Source: Pseudovirgaria hyperparasitica
Lineage: Eukaryota
Assembly (NCBI GenBank): GCA_010093815.1
Contig: ML996571.1
DNA: 64,000 bases
Reading direction: 5' to 3' (one strand)
Under the pieces are notes generated by a model. That model ran no database searches. It was not told the origin of the DNA and saw only the letters and a program-made list of their open reading frames with translations. Both the position numbers and the translations under genes were made by a program. Position 1 is the first letter of the stretch. Every line of letters starts with the position of its first letter. Of the stretch, positions 26,277-36,667 are shown in pieces.

Positions 26277-27110
26277 GACTGCAGGTACTTTGAGATTGAG
26301 CGACTCTAACCCTCTGAGCGCATTAGATTAATCTACATCCTTCTATTAATAGTTTCTTTACCTACTATAGACTGCACGTACCCTTAGAGATACAAAAATT
26401 ACAACGTTGTTGACGCCTGCCTACCTGATGCAGTAGAGCCTTCTCTTATGCCGGGATTGAGGCCTACGCTGTACAGCGCTGCATTAGCCTCGAAAACCTC
26501 TTAAATTGACAGACTGGCTTTAACTAGACCTTAGAATGTTACTTTAGGAGCGAGAAGTCACTATTAGCCTTGTGGCCATCGTCGCGCGCTTGTTTATGCG
26601 TGGTTGCCACCCTGGTCAGTACTTAAGACGGAGGCAGCTCGGAGCGCTCTCGACCCCGCACTTGAATAGGATTAGCGTGTAATCTATCCCGGGGTTCGAA
26701 AGCACGTGTTTGTGGCTGTGCGGAATCATGGCTATGCTGACAAATCTTTGCCGGTGCCCACAGTCATGTGACCGATCGACAAGCGTATGTTTAGCTGAAA
26801 ATTGCTTAGAGTGGGTTGATAAAAGAATGCAGCAACTTGATGCTATATAGTGTAAGAATGAAGGGAGCTGGGCCGTATTCTAAAACGCTTAGCTATCATT
26901 GTCATGATCCCAGTTCAAGTCGGCAAGTCATCCCGTGACGGCACATATGTGGCGATTGAGAGAGGTATGGAAACGATAAGCAGCGAGCTAGACCGTGATA
27001 GCCCTGGTACATGCATAGGTGAGCTGCGGGGCAAGCAAGTCTAAGTTACTTAAGCTGAGCTCCTGCTGTCCAACCAAGGCTTTTCTGCCACGCTTCTACG
27101 CCTTTTCACC

Positions 27111-27412
27111 ATGTGTCGGTATACTACAGCCGATATCAACTATTCCCAGTGTCGATTACCAGCTCAACATAAGATCGTGAAACGTCTTCACAAGAGATGT
27201 GAAGCTTCTCCGAAGCCAGGACCAAGATGTGAGAGCTCCACGTATGATCCGGCTCTTGGCACAAACCTACCTTCAAACCGAAACGCTCCATGCAGGTTTT
27301 GTCGAGATTCAGGCATAGTCGTACAGGTGCAATATGAAGATGTCAGTTATATTATATGCATCGTCTACATGAAACCATCTGACTGTACAAATAGCATGAC
27401 CTTCATGGTTGA
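27111..27412 (+). CDS. Small Cys/His-rich putative Zn-binding protein, 82 aa, transposon cargo; exons 27111-27341, 27395-27412
   Basis: CACC-ATG context; MCRY...C...H...C...C...CRFC pattern; intron GTCAGT..CTGAC..TAG (53 nt) gives the ending YEDHDLHG*. Confidence 0.65.
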
Positions 27413-27509
27413 GGAACCAGCCTGGAAGGAGAGTGTCGATGGGATACAATGGATACCATGTCATGCATTGTACTTATAAATATCTCCTAGCCAGCATATC
27501 TCTAAGCAC

Positions 27510-28316
27510 TCAACAAATCCTCAATGACCTTAAAGCATTAAAGAAAACCGCTTTCACCCTCCCGTAGCCAGAGTTTACTTTCCTAGTAGCCAGCAAGCTA
27601 GCTCGGAGTTCTTGAAGAACTTCATCCATAGTATCGAAAGTACCATTCCAACAATCCTGCATCAATTTACCCAACAGTATATTTTCGACTTCTGGAAATT
27701 GATTCTCAGCATATAGCTTTTTGACACGGATCATTCGATCCTCAAAAGGAAAAAGCTCGTCGTATGGTTGTCTGCCCGTTATAACTTCGTATATCGCGCA
27801 GCCAAATGCGAAGATATCGGTCTTCCGGCTAATTCTCGGGGTAGATTCCTTATAACTAAACCACTCATAGCAGGCTCCTGCATCTTCCCCATCAATGCTA
27901 CTGCCTTCGAAGTCTATAATCTTTAGGCGGTCCTGAACTATAATCCAATTATTACATCCAATGTCAGCATGAAGAATGCCATTGTTGTGCATGTATCGCG
28001 TTCCCTCTGCAGCATCGTGTAGCCAGCGAACTTTTGTATGTAACGGGATCAGGTTCGCTCCGCTTCCTTGAATCACTGTCCGAACGGTTCTACCACGTTC
28101 AAGAATAAGGCCGTCGTGCGTTGCACCTAAGTATCTTACAATATTTCCATGTAGTCCCAGACGTTCGAGTGCTCGACGCTCAATGTCGATTCCCTCTCCG
28201 TGGAACTCCTTCAATATTCTTTCCTCATCGATCGCGTATATGACTCCTGATCCACCGGCTGCAAGGAATTTAAGACTTCCATAGTCTATAGCCTGGTCTT
28301 GCATGTGCTCCTCCAT
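27510..28316 (-). CDS. Small stand-alone protein kinase-like protein (TKL-like, non-RD), intronless, transposon cargo
   Basis: LAAGGSGVIY (Gly loop), RILK, helix-C Glu (IERRAL), HGNIVRYLG, HADIGCNN, IIDFEG, TDIFAFGCAIYEVITGRQPY, LMQDCW. Confidence 0.88.
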   Translation of the reverse strand: MEEHMQDQAIDYGSLKFLAAGGSGVIYAIDEERILKEFHGEGIDIERRALERLGLHGNIVRYLGATHDGLILERGRTVRTVIQGSGANLIPLHTKVRWLHDAAEGTRYMHNNGILHADIGCNNWIIVQDRLKIIDFEGSSIDGEDAGACYEWFSYKESTPRISRKTDIFAFGCAIYEVITGRQPYDELFPFEDRMIRVKKLYAENQFPEVENILLGKLMQDCWNGTFDTMDEVLQELRASLLATRKVNSGYGRVKAVFFNALRSLRIC

Positions 28317-28888
28317 GTTCCGAAGGTCGTGATCTCATGCTTCTCGGGCATGAGATAGGAAGCGCGTAGGTTCTATCGTGCGAGGTGCGTTAGGCAAGGA
28401 TTGTGATCGAGGGAGCCGGCTCGTCAACGCTTCGGGGTTTGCGAACTTAGAGCTGTATCGCGTGAAGGGGTAGGATCGCTTCGGACAGTGGGATGCAGGC
28501 GAAACGATAGGAGAGCCGCTTTCGTCTTTCGAGCAATACAATAGGCAGGAGTAATCGTTTTGCGGGTTAAGTGGCCTCGTCTTTGTCGCTGTACGTTGTC
28601 GACATGGATTGCGATGGTTGTTGATCGAGTTATATACTGGTGCGCGACGTGTCGGCAGCGCACTTTTGGAGGCTGACTTAGCCCAAGTTGTCGCGCCATG
28701 GCGTATCGCATTATCTCGGGATTTCTTCGGTGATTTGGGCAGTTTTTGATTGAATATCTGTAGTAGGGATAGCGCCAAACACCTGTTACCAACGAAGCTG
28801 TAAGCAATGGCACCGACACATCTTGAAGTAATTGGTCATCAGTCTAAACAGCATGTTCAGTTCTAAACGCTTAGCAAGACGCATCCTC

Positions 28889-30672
28889 CTAATACATTTT
28901 TGCAACCGGCGCCATCCATAGCACTCCTGCGGCTTCTGCTGCCTGAACATCGCTCACTCTTGCGACTTTTCGCTTTGGCACAGATTGTTTAGCCCCAACA
29001 TCGAGTGAGTTCGCCTCGCCTTCCAGCGCAGTACTCTTGCGCTTCCTACCACGGTTTATCGTACTTGCAGACGTCGTGGCTTCTGCCGCGTCCTGTGTAG
29101 CCTTTTTAGACTTCCGAGAAAGTCTTGCCTTAACCTTAGCCTCATTAGCAGCGTCCTCTTCGGCACGCTTTAACCGTTTTTCTTGGAGATGCTCATAAGT
29201 AAACACCGTCCCAGACCCCTGTTCTAGTATAATTGCCTTAGTCGATCTGCGGGGTTTAGCTTCGTTATTGATCGTCGTCAAAAGTTGAATGCGGTTTTGC
29301 TGAAGAGCATTCTTCGTCAAGGATAATCGGGCAGCTTTGGCGAATTTTAACAGGTGTCGTTCTAGACTCTGCTTGCTTGTTTCGTCAAGAGTATGAGCAT
29401 CCCTCTTCAGAATCAGATCTTGCAGCGACGTGAGGCCCTCTGCTGACACTGGTGTCACAGGCGTTTGCAGTACTGCATCTTGCTGACAAGGTGCTTCGTT
29501 GATTATCGATACAGTCAGTTCAGTCGCTGGTCTCGGCACAGTCCTAAGTACTCGCTCTGGGTTGAATGGAAACAAACCACTTGCAGTATAACCAGCCTTG
29601 ATGTTCTTCGGCGTGAACGCTCGCTCCCTCGCAGGCTTGTATAAAGAGGTAAAATGCTCCTTGCCAGTAGTATTGACACCTCCTCGCTCAATCGTTCCAC
29701 CTGGTCGCGGTACGCCGCCTTTAACGGGGCGAATACAGCAACGTCGCAAGGCTGAAGCTTGTGGGATGTATGGGAGGGGAGACGACATAAGATGATGTTA
29801 TTTGCGAAACAATACTCTAAGATCTCAAGAGTCTCATGCGTCCCAAAGCCGTCAAGAATTAATACGCGGGGTCTCCCGTTAGCACGTTCTTTAGTCTCAG
29901 GATCAAATACTCGCTTAAACCACTGCAAGCTAATGTTGGAGTCGGTATATCCAGATTCATTGCACGCATATTGCCACCCGGGAGTAGGAAAGACTGTCCA
30001 GTTGCTTCGATGGGTGGTAGCCGGCCAAATAATCATAGGGTTCAGATACCTACCGTCAGCGCTAATACACTCGACAGCCGTAACCATTGTTCGCTTCACG
30101 CGCGCGCCTCTATAAGTCCGTGTATCATCCTTACCTACGAGGACTTTTACAGAGCCTAGCATCGATAGCATGACCCCAGTCTCGTCCATGTTATAGAAAT
30201 TCTCTGCTAGGATGGCGGGATCACCTAAAACCCTACCTATCACCTCGAACCAGTGTATCATCTTTCCACCGATATTCCTGTCGTGGCGGTTCCAGTCTAG
30301 CGCCGTGACGCGTCTGGCTGCCGTTTCTGGGTTGCGCTTCTCAAAAGCCTTTGCCCAGTTCTTACTCGGAGGCTTGAGGGGCCTGTCTGCCGGGGGTCGC
30401 GCGCGGGTGGCTACGAAGGCGAGGGAGGGAATGTACTTGATTCGTACAGGCTGTCCGAGATCTGACATCTGTAAGATGAACTTCACGAGGGCACTCTCTT
30501 CCCACGGTGTTAGGTACTGCTGGCTTTGGGCCTTGTCCTGCATCGAGGGTCCATTATGCGCGCGACGATGGAGGGTACTTCGAGCGACTCCGCTGTGGTC
30601 TGCTAGAGCACGGTACGATCTAGGCACACCGGGAGGAACTCCTCGTGCTAATGCTCGCCTTGCCTTATCCAT
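28889..30672 (-). pseudogene. pogo/Fot1-family transposase (HTH + CENP-B-type HTH + DDE_1), split by one frameshift near 29689
   Basis: SYRALADHSGVARSTL HTH, LTPWEESALVKFI, NMDETG, LILDGFGTH, LPSHTSHKLQPCDVAVF; frame moves from RDQVERL to ERGGVNTTGKEHF; restoring one G gives ~594 aa. Confidence 0.9.
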
Positions 30673-31221
30673 GATAAGTTAGTAACAGTCTATAGGGCGA
30701 ATGCTGTCCGCTCGCCTGAAGGCATCGTGAGGCATTGTAGCCACAAAGGACACATTCCAGACCCGAGAGACCCGTGGCATGCGCCACACTTATTTCTGGA
30801 CATTGGAGATAGGCATAGCGCGATAATTTAATACGGATCATGTAAGCAGCTTAATATGGCTAGTGTATTTTGTTGTAGCGGGGGACTATTCTGCGCATTC
30901 TTATCTCTTGAACGGACCTCCCGGCATCAACGCTCCTAGTGTCAAAGTAGCTTCCAGCACCGGGAAATATACCTTTAGTACTTTTACTTCCTTTCAAGAC
31001 CTCCGAATGACTAACAGAGTCACAAATTCGCAAATAGACAGGGGTGAACCAGCGAGGGATCAACTAATAGCCTTCAGAAAAAGATCAACAACATAAGCAC
31101 CGTTGCAGAAATCCTGTTCGGAGTCTAGCTTCTGAAGGAACAATAGCTACAGATTCGTATACGCTAACTACAACTCTATAAACTTATAATGGAGATGTTC
31201 CGGACCTCCGAATTGCAAAAG

Positions 31222-31263
31222 TGTCCCACCTCAGGGTGCGTCCCATGACCTAGGGATTGACGT
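31222..31263 (-). repeat. Right terminal inverted repeat
   Basis: Reverse complement ACGTCAATCCCTAGGTCATGGGACGCACCCTGAGGTGGGACA. Confidence 0.9.
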
Positions 31264-31743
31264 TGGATCGTTGTTGCTTGAAACCGCGCACAGGCCATAA
31301 TGAGCGACGCGTTACCACAAATATTCCTTCGCGAGTATCTCAATTGACCAGTCCAAGGGTGTGAGCTTTACATGTTGAGCGATTCGAGCGATGGAAATTT
31401 ACAAACGGTATGCTGAACATGGCGGGCAAGCACGTCAAGCACCACAGGTTTCGTCAATGTTTCCGCGTTGTATGCGTTCATTGTTATCCTACACATTATG
31501 GTATTACCGCTATCGTGCCATTAAAACTCCAAGGCACCCACGGCCTTTCAATCAAACACCTCTGATGTAAAACCACTAGATCGTAAGTATGGTGATGTGC
31601 ATAGATCATGTATTGTGGTGAAATAGAAGTTGATCCGAGACATCAATCGCACAAACTAGACTCATGAATGGCGTATTCACGCGGTTTGAAGCTGCGTGAT
31701 TCAAACGCTCCGTTACATTCTCCATTAGCTCTGTGGCCCACCG

Positions 31744-32366
31744 CTAGACCTGGCTCATTGACGGAGCCCCACGGCGGATACCTCCAATACCACCACGCAT
31801 ATTAACGTTACCGCCACCACCCATGATGGATAGAACAGTAGTAGCAGCGAACGTGGCAAATCCGAACCAAAGGAAGGCGGTGGATGCCTGCGCCTCACGA
31901 CAACGCTTCATATGTGGGCCACCGTTCGTCACGACGTTGGTGCTTGCGTAGCCCTAGAAACCTGTTAGTGTCACATGCGCCTGAGTGTTGTGAGTTGAGT
32001 ATTACCTCATTGCTGCAGCTGTGGGCGCCGAGGTAGGCAGCCGTAGCAATACCGCCGATAAGCCAGAATAATGTATTGAGGCCATCTAGAGCCATGGTAA
32101 CGATTGGAATGGCCATGCCATCCTTGATGGAGGTTGGTATAAGGTAGATCAGAGACAGCATACCGAAAACGGCAACAAACATGTCGTAGTTGATGATGCT
32201 AGGATTGCCGGCGTACGCATCGTGGATAATGTTACCAATGAGAGATATGAGCAGGAGAGTCCATAGGAACTGTTTGCACAGTGTCAGCTATTTGGCGCTT
32301 TGTTGTGGTTAGCCGCAGTTAGGTAAATACCTGGAGGGCTCGTAGGCCAGTTTGGACGACAGACAT
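31744..32366 (-). CDS. NCE102: Nce102-like MARVEL tetraspan eisosome protein; exons 32366-32331, 32269-32006, 31953-31744
   Basis: MSVVQTGLRALQ-FLWTLLLISLIGNII...GNPSIINYDMFVAVF...LGAHSCSNE-GY...TNGG...RCREAQASTAFLWFGF...PSMSQV. Confidence 0.92.
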
Positions 32367-34475
32367 GATCGGGTTGAGTGAGAGGATAAACGTTTAGCGG
32401 TAGGAGTGATGGTGATGATAGTATAGCGCGACGGTACGTGGAGGTGGTGCGTGCAGGAGGTATGGAGGAGGAAGATTGTTGGTTTATGTAGTGTGGTGAA
32501 AGAAAGAGAGCGAAACAATGATCCATGACGGATGGGCGCGGCGAGTGAGCAGTGACGTCGTGCAGACCAGCTCAAGCTCGGCGGGTGGATGTGGCAGATC
32601 AGGGCCTGTGCAGAAGCTTTTTCGTCTTTGACCCCGGGCAACGCCCTCCCGAGCGCATCAGGCCATTCCCTTTCACACTATAGATTTCACCCATTAACGC
32701 GTAGTGACGCATCATCATCATTATTGCGACCAGAAAGGCAGTCTGATCTCGTAGCGGGCTCGTCATAATGTCTTCTAGACCAACCTTATATACCCATAAT
32801 TTCGCCTGATAGTTCCTATTGCACGTCCGTACCTTCGAGAGACATGAAACCAGCCGACAGACTAGATCGGAGCACGATGCGTGCGGAATGTACTCGGCGG
32901 CATGTACTCGGCGGCAGATCCTACTTTGTCCCTGCTGGTGTATTCCTAGGCACAGGTCGCATTCGCATGCCTCAGACTCCCTGCAGCTGCAGCTGCAACT
33001 TCAACGATGCGCGTTCCTGGAGACGGATTGGAGACAAACCTATTTGCGTATCACGCTCTGTCGGCATTCTTCGGTCAAGCATAAGAAGAACAAGGCACGT
33101 GATACAACCACTCTCGTCGACCGAGTCAGCGACTAAGCGGGGCTTTCGAAAGCTTGGTCAGCTGAAAAGATGAGTCTTGATGAGATGCGCACTTGAGGAA
33201 TCGAAACAAAAACCCCAGCTTTATCCAGTTCTTACCGTAATCGAAATGAGGCACCTCGACAGAACCCATCTGCTCGAGCATAGCTGTCGCTCAGTTTGCC
33301 AAACACGACGGTATCCCAACTTTGCTGTTCTTACTACATGCTGGAGTCCTCTTACGTGCCTGAAGAGGTTTGGCGCCAGTGTCGGTGCTGGTGCCGGTGT
33401 CGTGGTCCGGACTCCGGGGTCTCTTGACATCCTCTTGAAATCCATTTATCTGTGGGGCTGACGACCTGTTATGCGCCTTCTCCTTATGGACACCTGGTTC
33501 TTGTACCTGGCGAATGCTGATAAACTTATAGTGCTCCAAACATATAAGAAGTCGTCGTATGCCCTCAGTGTGTAGGGTTCCTGCAATCTTCGGACGGGAC
33601 TGTAACAAAAATGAGACAGTGCGGCTATCTACAAGGTCTTCCGAGTTCTCTTAGATTTGTCTCCTGGATTTTCCCCGAATCACCTCAAAGCACACTGCTC
33701 AGCGGTTTACATTACTTCTCCTCCTGCCCAGTGTATAGGCCATCTTGCCTGGGACTGGCTTTACAAAGTCGGTGTAGAGCACTCAACGGAAACTACTTCG
33801 GCTTAATTGCATTAACAGTGATAGTGGTAGGGCTGTAGTCTTGTACATAGAATGAACTGTCATCATTGACGATCCGCCTGTGCTCTGGTACTGCTCCTGA
33901 AGTTCTGCTGACTTGCTTTGCTTAGAGCCACCTGCTACCATGGATGATCTAAGGTTCCTTCTACACCCAAGCTAGACCCAATGTAGACACCGCATCCCAG
34001 CTGTGCTCCGCGAGAGGGGCGGTGCAAGATTAAAGTCATCGTCGCATTTATGACTACGGCTTACTTATGACTGGACTTCGTCCGCTGCCTGGACACCTGG
34101 TTATCTTTTCTATTCTACCTCACATTATCGTGCACTTGACCAAAGCTTGGGCTTCAGACTCCTCAAGTCTTGCAATATACCTGGACACTCCTCTTCGAGC
34201 GTCTCATCAGCTTTGAGTAAAAAAAGCCGTACCCAACGTTACCTCTATTGCTCAATCGACGGAGGACGACGTTTCTCATACCAAAAGGTATAGTCCTCCA
34301 GGTTCACTGTACGCTTCAGACTCGTCTTGAAGCTCCAATTACATGAATTGGAATCACTTTTGGTGTTTCCATCGAACCTGTTCTTACGAATCACCAGAAC
34401 GTCCCACACCAACGATACGAAATCTTGCTAGAACTTTGTTCACTCGGTAATCAAATAAAAACAAACAATCACGAC

Positions 34476-36065
34476 ATGTCTTCTATTCAGTCTTTCCGCA
34501 TTTTCCGGGCCACTGGTGCCGACGGCTTCTCCCTTGACGCTCATGCCAAATTCGTCTTCGAGCCCGCTCTCGAGTCCGATGAACTTTTTGATGCTCTACG
34601 ATGCTCCTACCCAGAAGTCAAGACTCACGCCGAGCGAAAGCGCCAAGCTGTTCTTGACTTTCTCGTTCAAGAACGTGAGGCTGATATGAGAGCCTTAGAC
34701 CGGCTCATCAGCGGCGAGTCCACATCCCCAGTCCAGTCCTGGAGTTCGCAAAGTGCTGGACAGACCCCCGCTACAACCTCATTTGGACCCTTCCCTTCTA
34801 CAAACTCAACCCAAGCCTCTCCCGTTGCCATTACACCAAATTTCACGGCTAGCGACTCCACAACTACTGCATCTACGCCTTCAAATCCCGCATTCCACGT
34901 TTGGAATGCCTCTAGCAACAAGCCCGTCAAGCTACATAAGCGTAGATGTATGACTGACGCGGAGAAGGAAGAGTATCGCCAGCGACGCATAATCGGATCT
35001 TGCGAGTCTTGCAAACAGAAGCGGAGAAAGTGCCGCCATTATGAAACCGCTGCAAACCAAGCTGTTGCCAAAGGCAGGTCGAGCAAGCGATCCAGATCCT
35101 CGAAGACTGCTTCAACTTCTCGGACGAGCATGTCGAAGATGGCGAGTACCAGCGGCTCAAGCAGCTCTTCGCCGTCTGAAGCAGCAACACAGTCTTTCAA
35201 TGATTCTCCGGCATATCATACGAACTTTGGAATGGATGGCTCAAATTTTGATTTCGACACTGAACTGTCTGGCCAGCTCTTCCAAGGCGACTTCGCTCTC
35301 TTCAACGAACCCACCGAAGAGGACTTCTTCAGCAATGCTATGCTTCCATTCGACAATACTCAAAACTTCTCTTTCTTTAACAGTTTTGACTCGAACTTTG
35401 ACTCTACAACATATGCAAATAGCACATCTCAAACAACAAACCCGAATGGCACAAGCCAGACTGTAATGTCAGATTGGCTCACAGCGCCGGCACTCCATGG
35501 ATTTGTTGATTCCACAGCGCCATCCTCACAACTACATTTGAATGCGTCACCAAACGAAGTCGATATCATTTGGGGCGACGACAACGCAAATGCGAATCGT
35601 CACCAATTACACGACTTGAACAATACCGTCCTTGCGACCAACCGCCGCGATGGCCAGGAAGAACCCATACCCTCAATTGCACGAACCGAAAGTAATTCGT
35701 CAAGTACAAGCGATAGCGATCCACGCCCTGGCGTAGTACGAGAACCTAGGCGGACAACGTCCGCCCTGGAGTATTACGCGACCCCAATCTCGTCCACGCC
35801 CTGCAGCATCGACAATTGCTCCCCAGGAGCCGAAAATGCACCTTCTTCGTGCCAATCCAGCGAGGAATCAAGTTGCGAACCGACCTGCCGTGCGATATTG
35901 ACGTGTTATCTTGCGTACATGGCGCAGATGATGCAATCCGCGAGTAACTTGAATGCAATCTTTCACGCTGCTGTCAGTGTACTGGGAAGTGTGGAAGGAC
36001 AGAGGATAGTCCGCGGTATGGACCAGACGGTCGTGGGTACTGACAGGATGGTCGCCGTTTCTTAG
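34476..36065 (+). CDS. Putative transcription factor-like protein with a half Zn(II)2Cys6-like motif and Ser/Thr-rich regions
   Basis: ~529-aa open frame from ATG 34476; basic KRR..RQRRIIGSCESCKQKRRKC motif followed by an acidic/Phe-rich segment. Confidence 0.7.
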   Translation: MSSIQSFRIFRATGADGFSLDAHAKFVFEPALESDELFDALRCSYPEVKTHAERKRQAVLDFLVQEREADMRALDRLISGESTSPVQSWSSQSAGQTPATTSFGPFPSTNSTQASPVAITPNFTASDSTTTASTPSNPAFHVWNASSNKPVKLHKRRCMTDAEKEEYRQRRIIGSCESCKQKRRKCRHYETAANQAVAKGRSSKRSRSSKTASTSRTSMSKMASTSGSSSSSPSEAATQSFNDSPAYHTNFGMDGSNFDFDTELSGQLFQGDFALFNEPTEEDFFSNAMLPFDNTQNFSFFNSFDSNFDSTTYANSTSQTTNPNGTSQTVMSDWLTAPALHGFVDSTAPSSQLHLNASPNEVDIIWGDDNANANRHQLHDLNNTVLATNRRDGQEEPIPSIARTESNSSSTSDSDPRPGVVREPRRTTSALEYYATPISSTPCSIDNCSPGAENAPSSCQSSEESSCEPTCRAILTCYLAYMAQMMQSASNLNAIFHAAVSVLGSVEGQRIVRGMDQTVVGTDRMVAVS

Positions 36066-36667
36066 CATGTCCTCTCTTGGATAGATTAATAACGGTATAG
36101 GAAAGAAAAGGACACTAGCTACTAGCTGAAACTGTAGATTCATGGCTTTGTCATGCTTGATATGAGGCCTAAACTCTTCCAAGATTGAAGGCGAAGGAAC
36201 AGAGTAACAGCTAGACAGATCAATTGCCCTTCATATTGGGTTTACACTTCACCGTGCTCCACGTCAGCTTACTTTTGGTGCCTCACTTAGTGGACGGGTC
36301 AAGAAACAACCGTGACCGTATAGTCTTATTGCTACTCCAGCTGGATTGGCGCATCGCAGCGTATGTACTCTAGGACGTTTGGCTGGGGAGAGGGCCCTCA
36401 CTGTTGTGACCATTATTCATGCCACCGTCGGTGATATCGACAACTAAGCTACTTGCTCCCAAAACGGCCGAACCGCAGTCACAATGCCGACTACCTAGCT
36501 ACCAGCGGCTTAGGACCTCCCTCATCGCAAGGAGGGAAAAGTGATGCTTAGGTGCTAAATCTCATAGCCGGCGATGAAACAAAAAGTGACTACTGTGCAG
36601 CCCCTCTAAACGAACCCACTGTTGTGTCTCTTGCTCAGCAGGTCCATGCAACCGGCCCAAGTATCAA

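Larger units (their letters stand above)
26235..31263 (-). mobile_element. pogo/Fot1-type (Tc1/mariner superfamily) DNA transposon of 5029 bp carrying cargo genes
   Basis: TIRs 26235-26276 and 31222-31263 start with ACGT, match at 28/30 (36/42) and each hold two TGGGAC motifs; DDE_1-type transposase inside; TG on both flanks. Confidence 0.88.

Noticed and set aside
26231..31263. hAT or Starship interpretation of the mobile element
   Set aside because: The transposase is pogo/DDE_1 type, no tyrosine recombinase is present, and the 8-bp direct repeat overlaps the TIRs.
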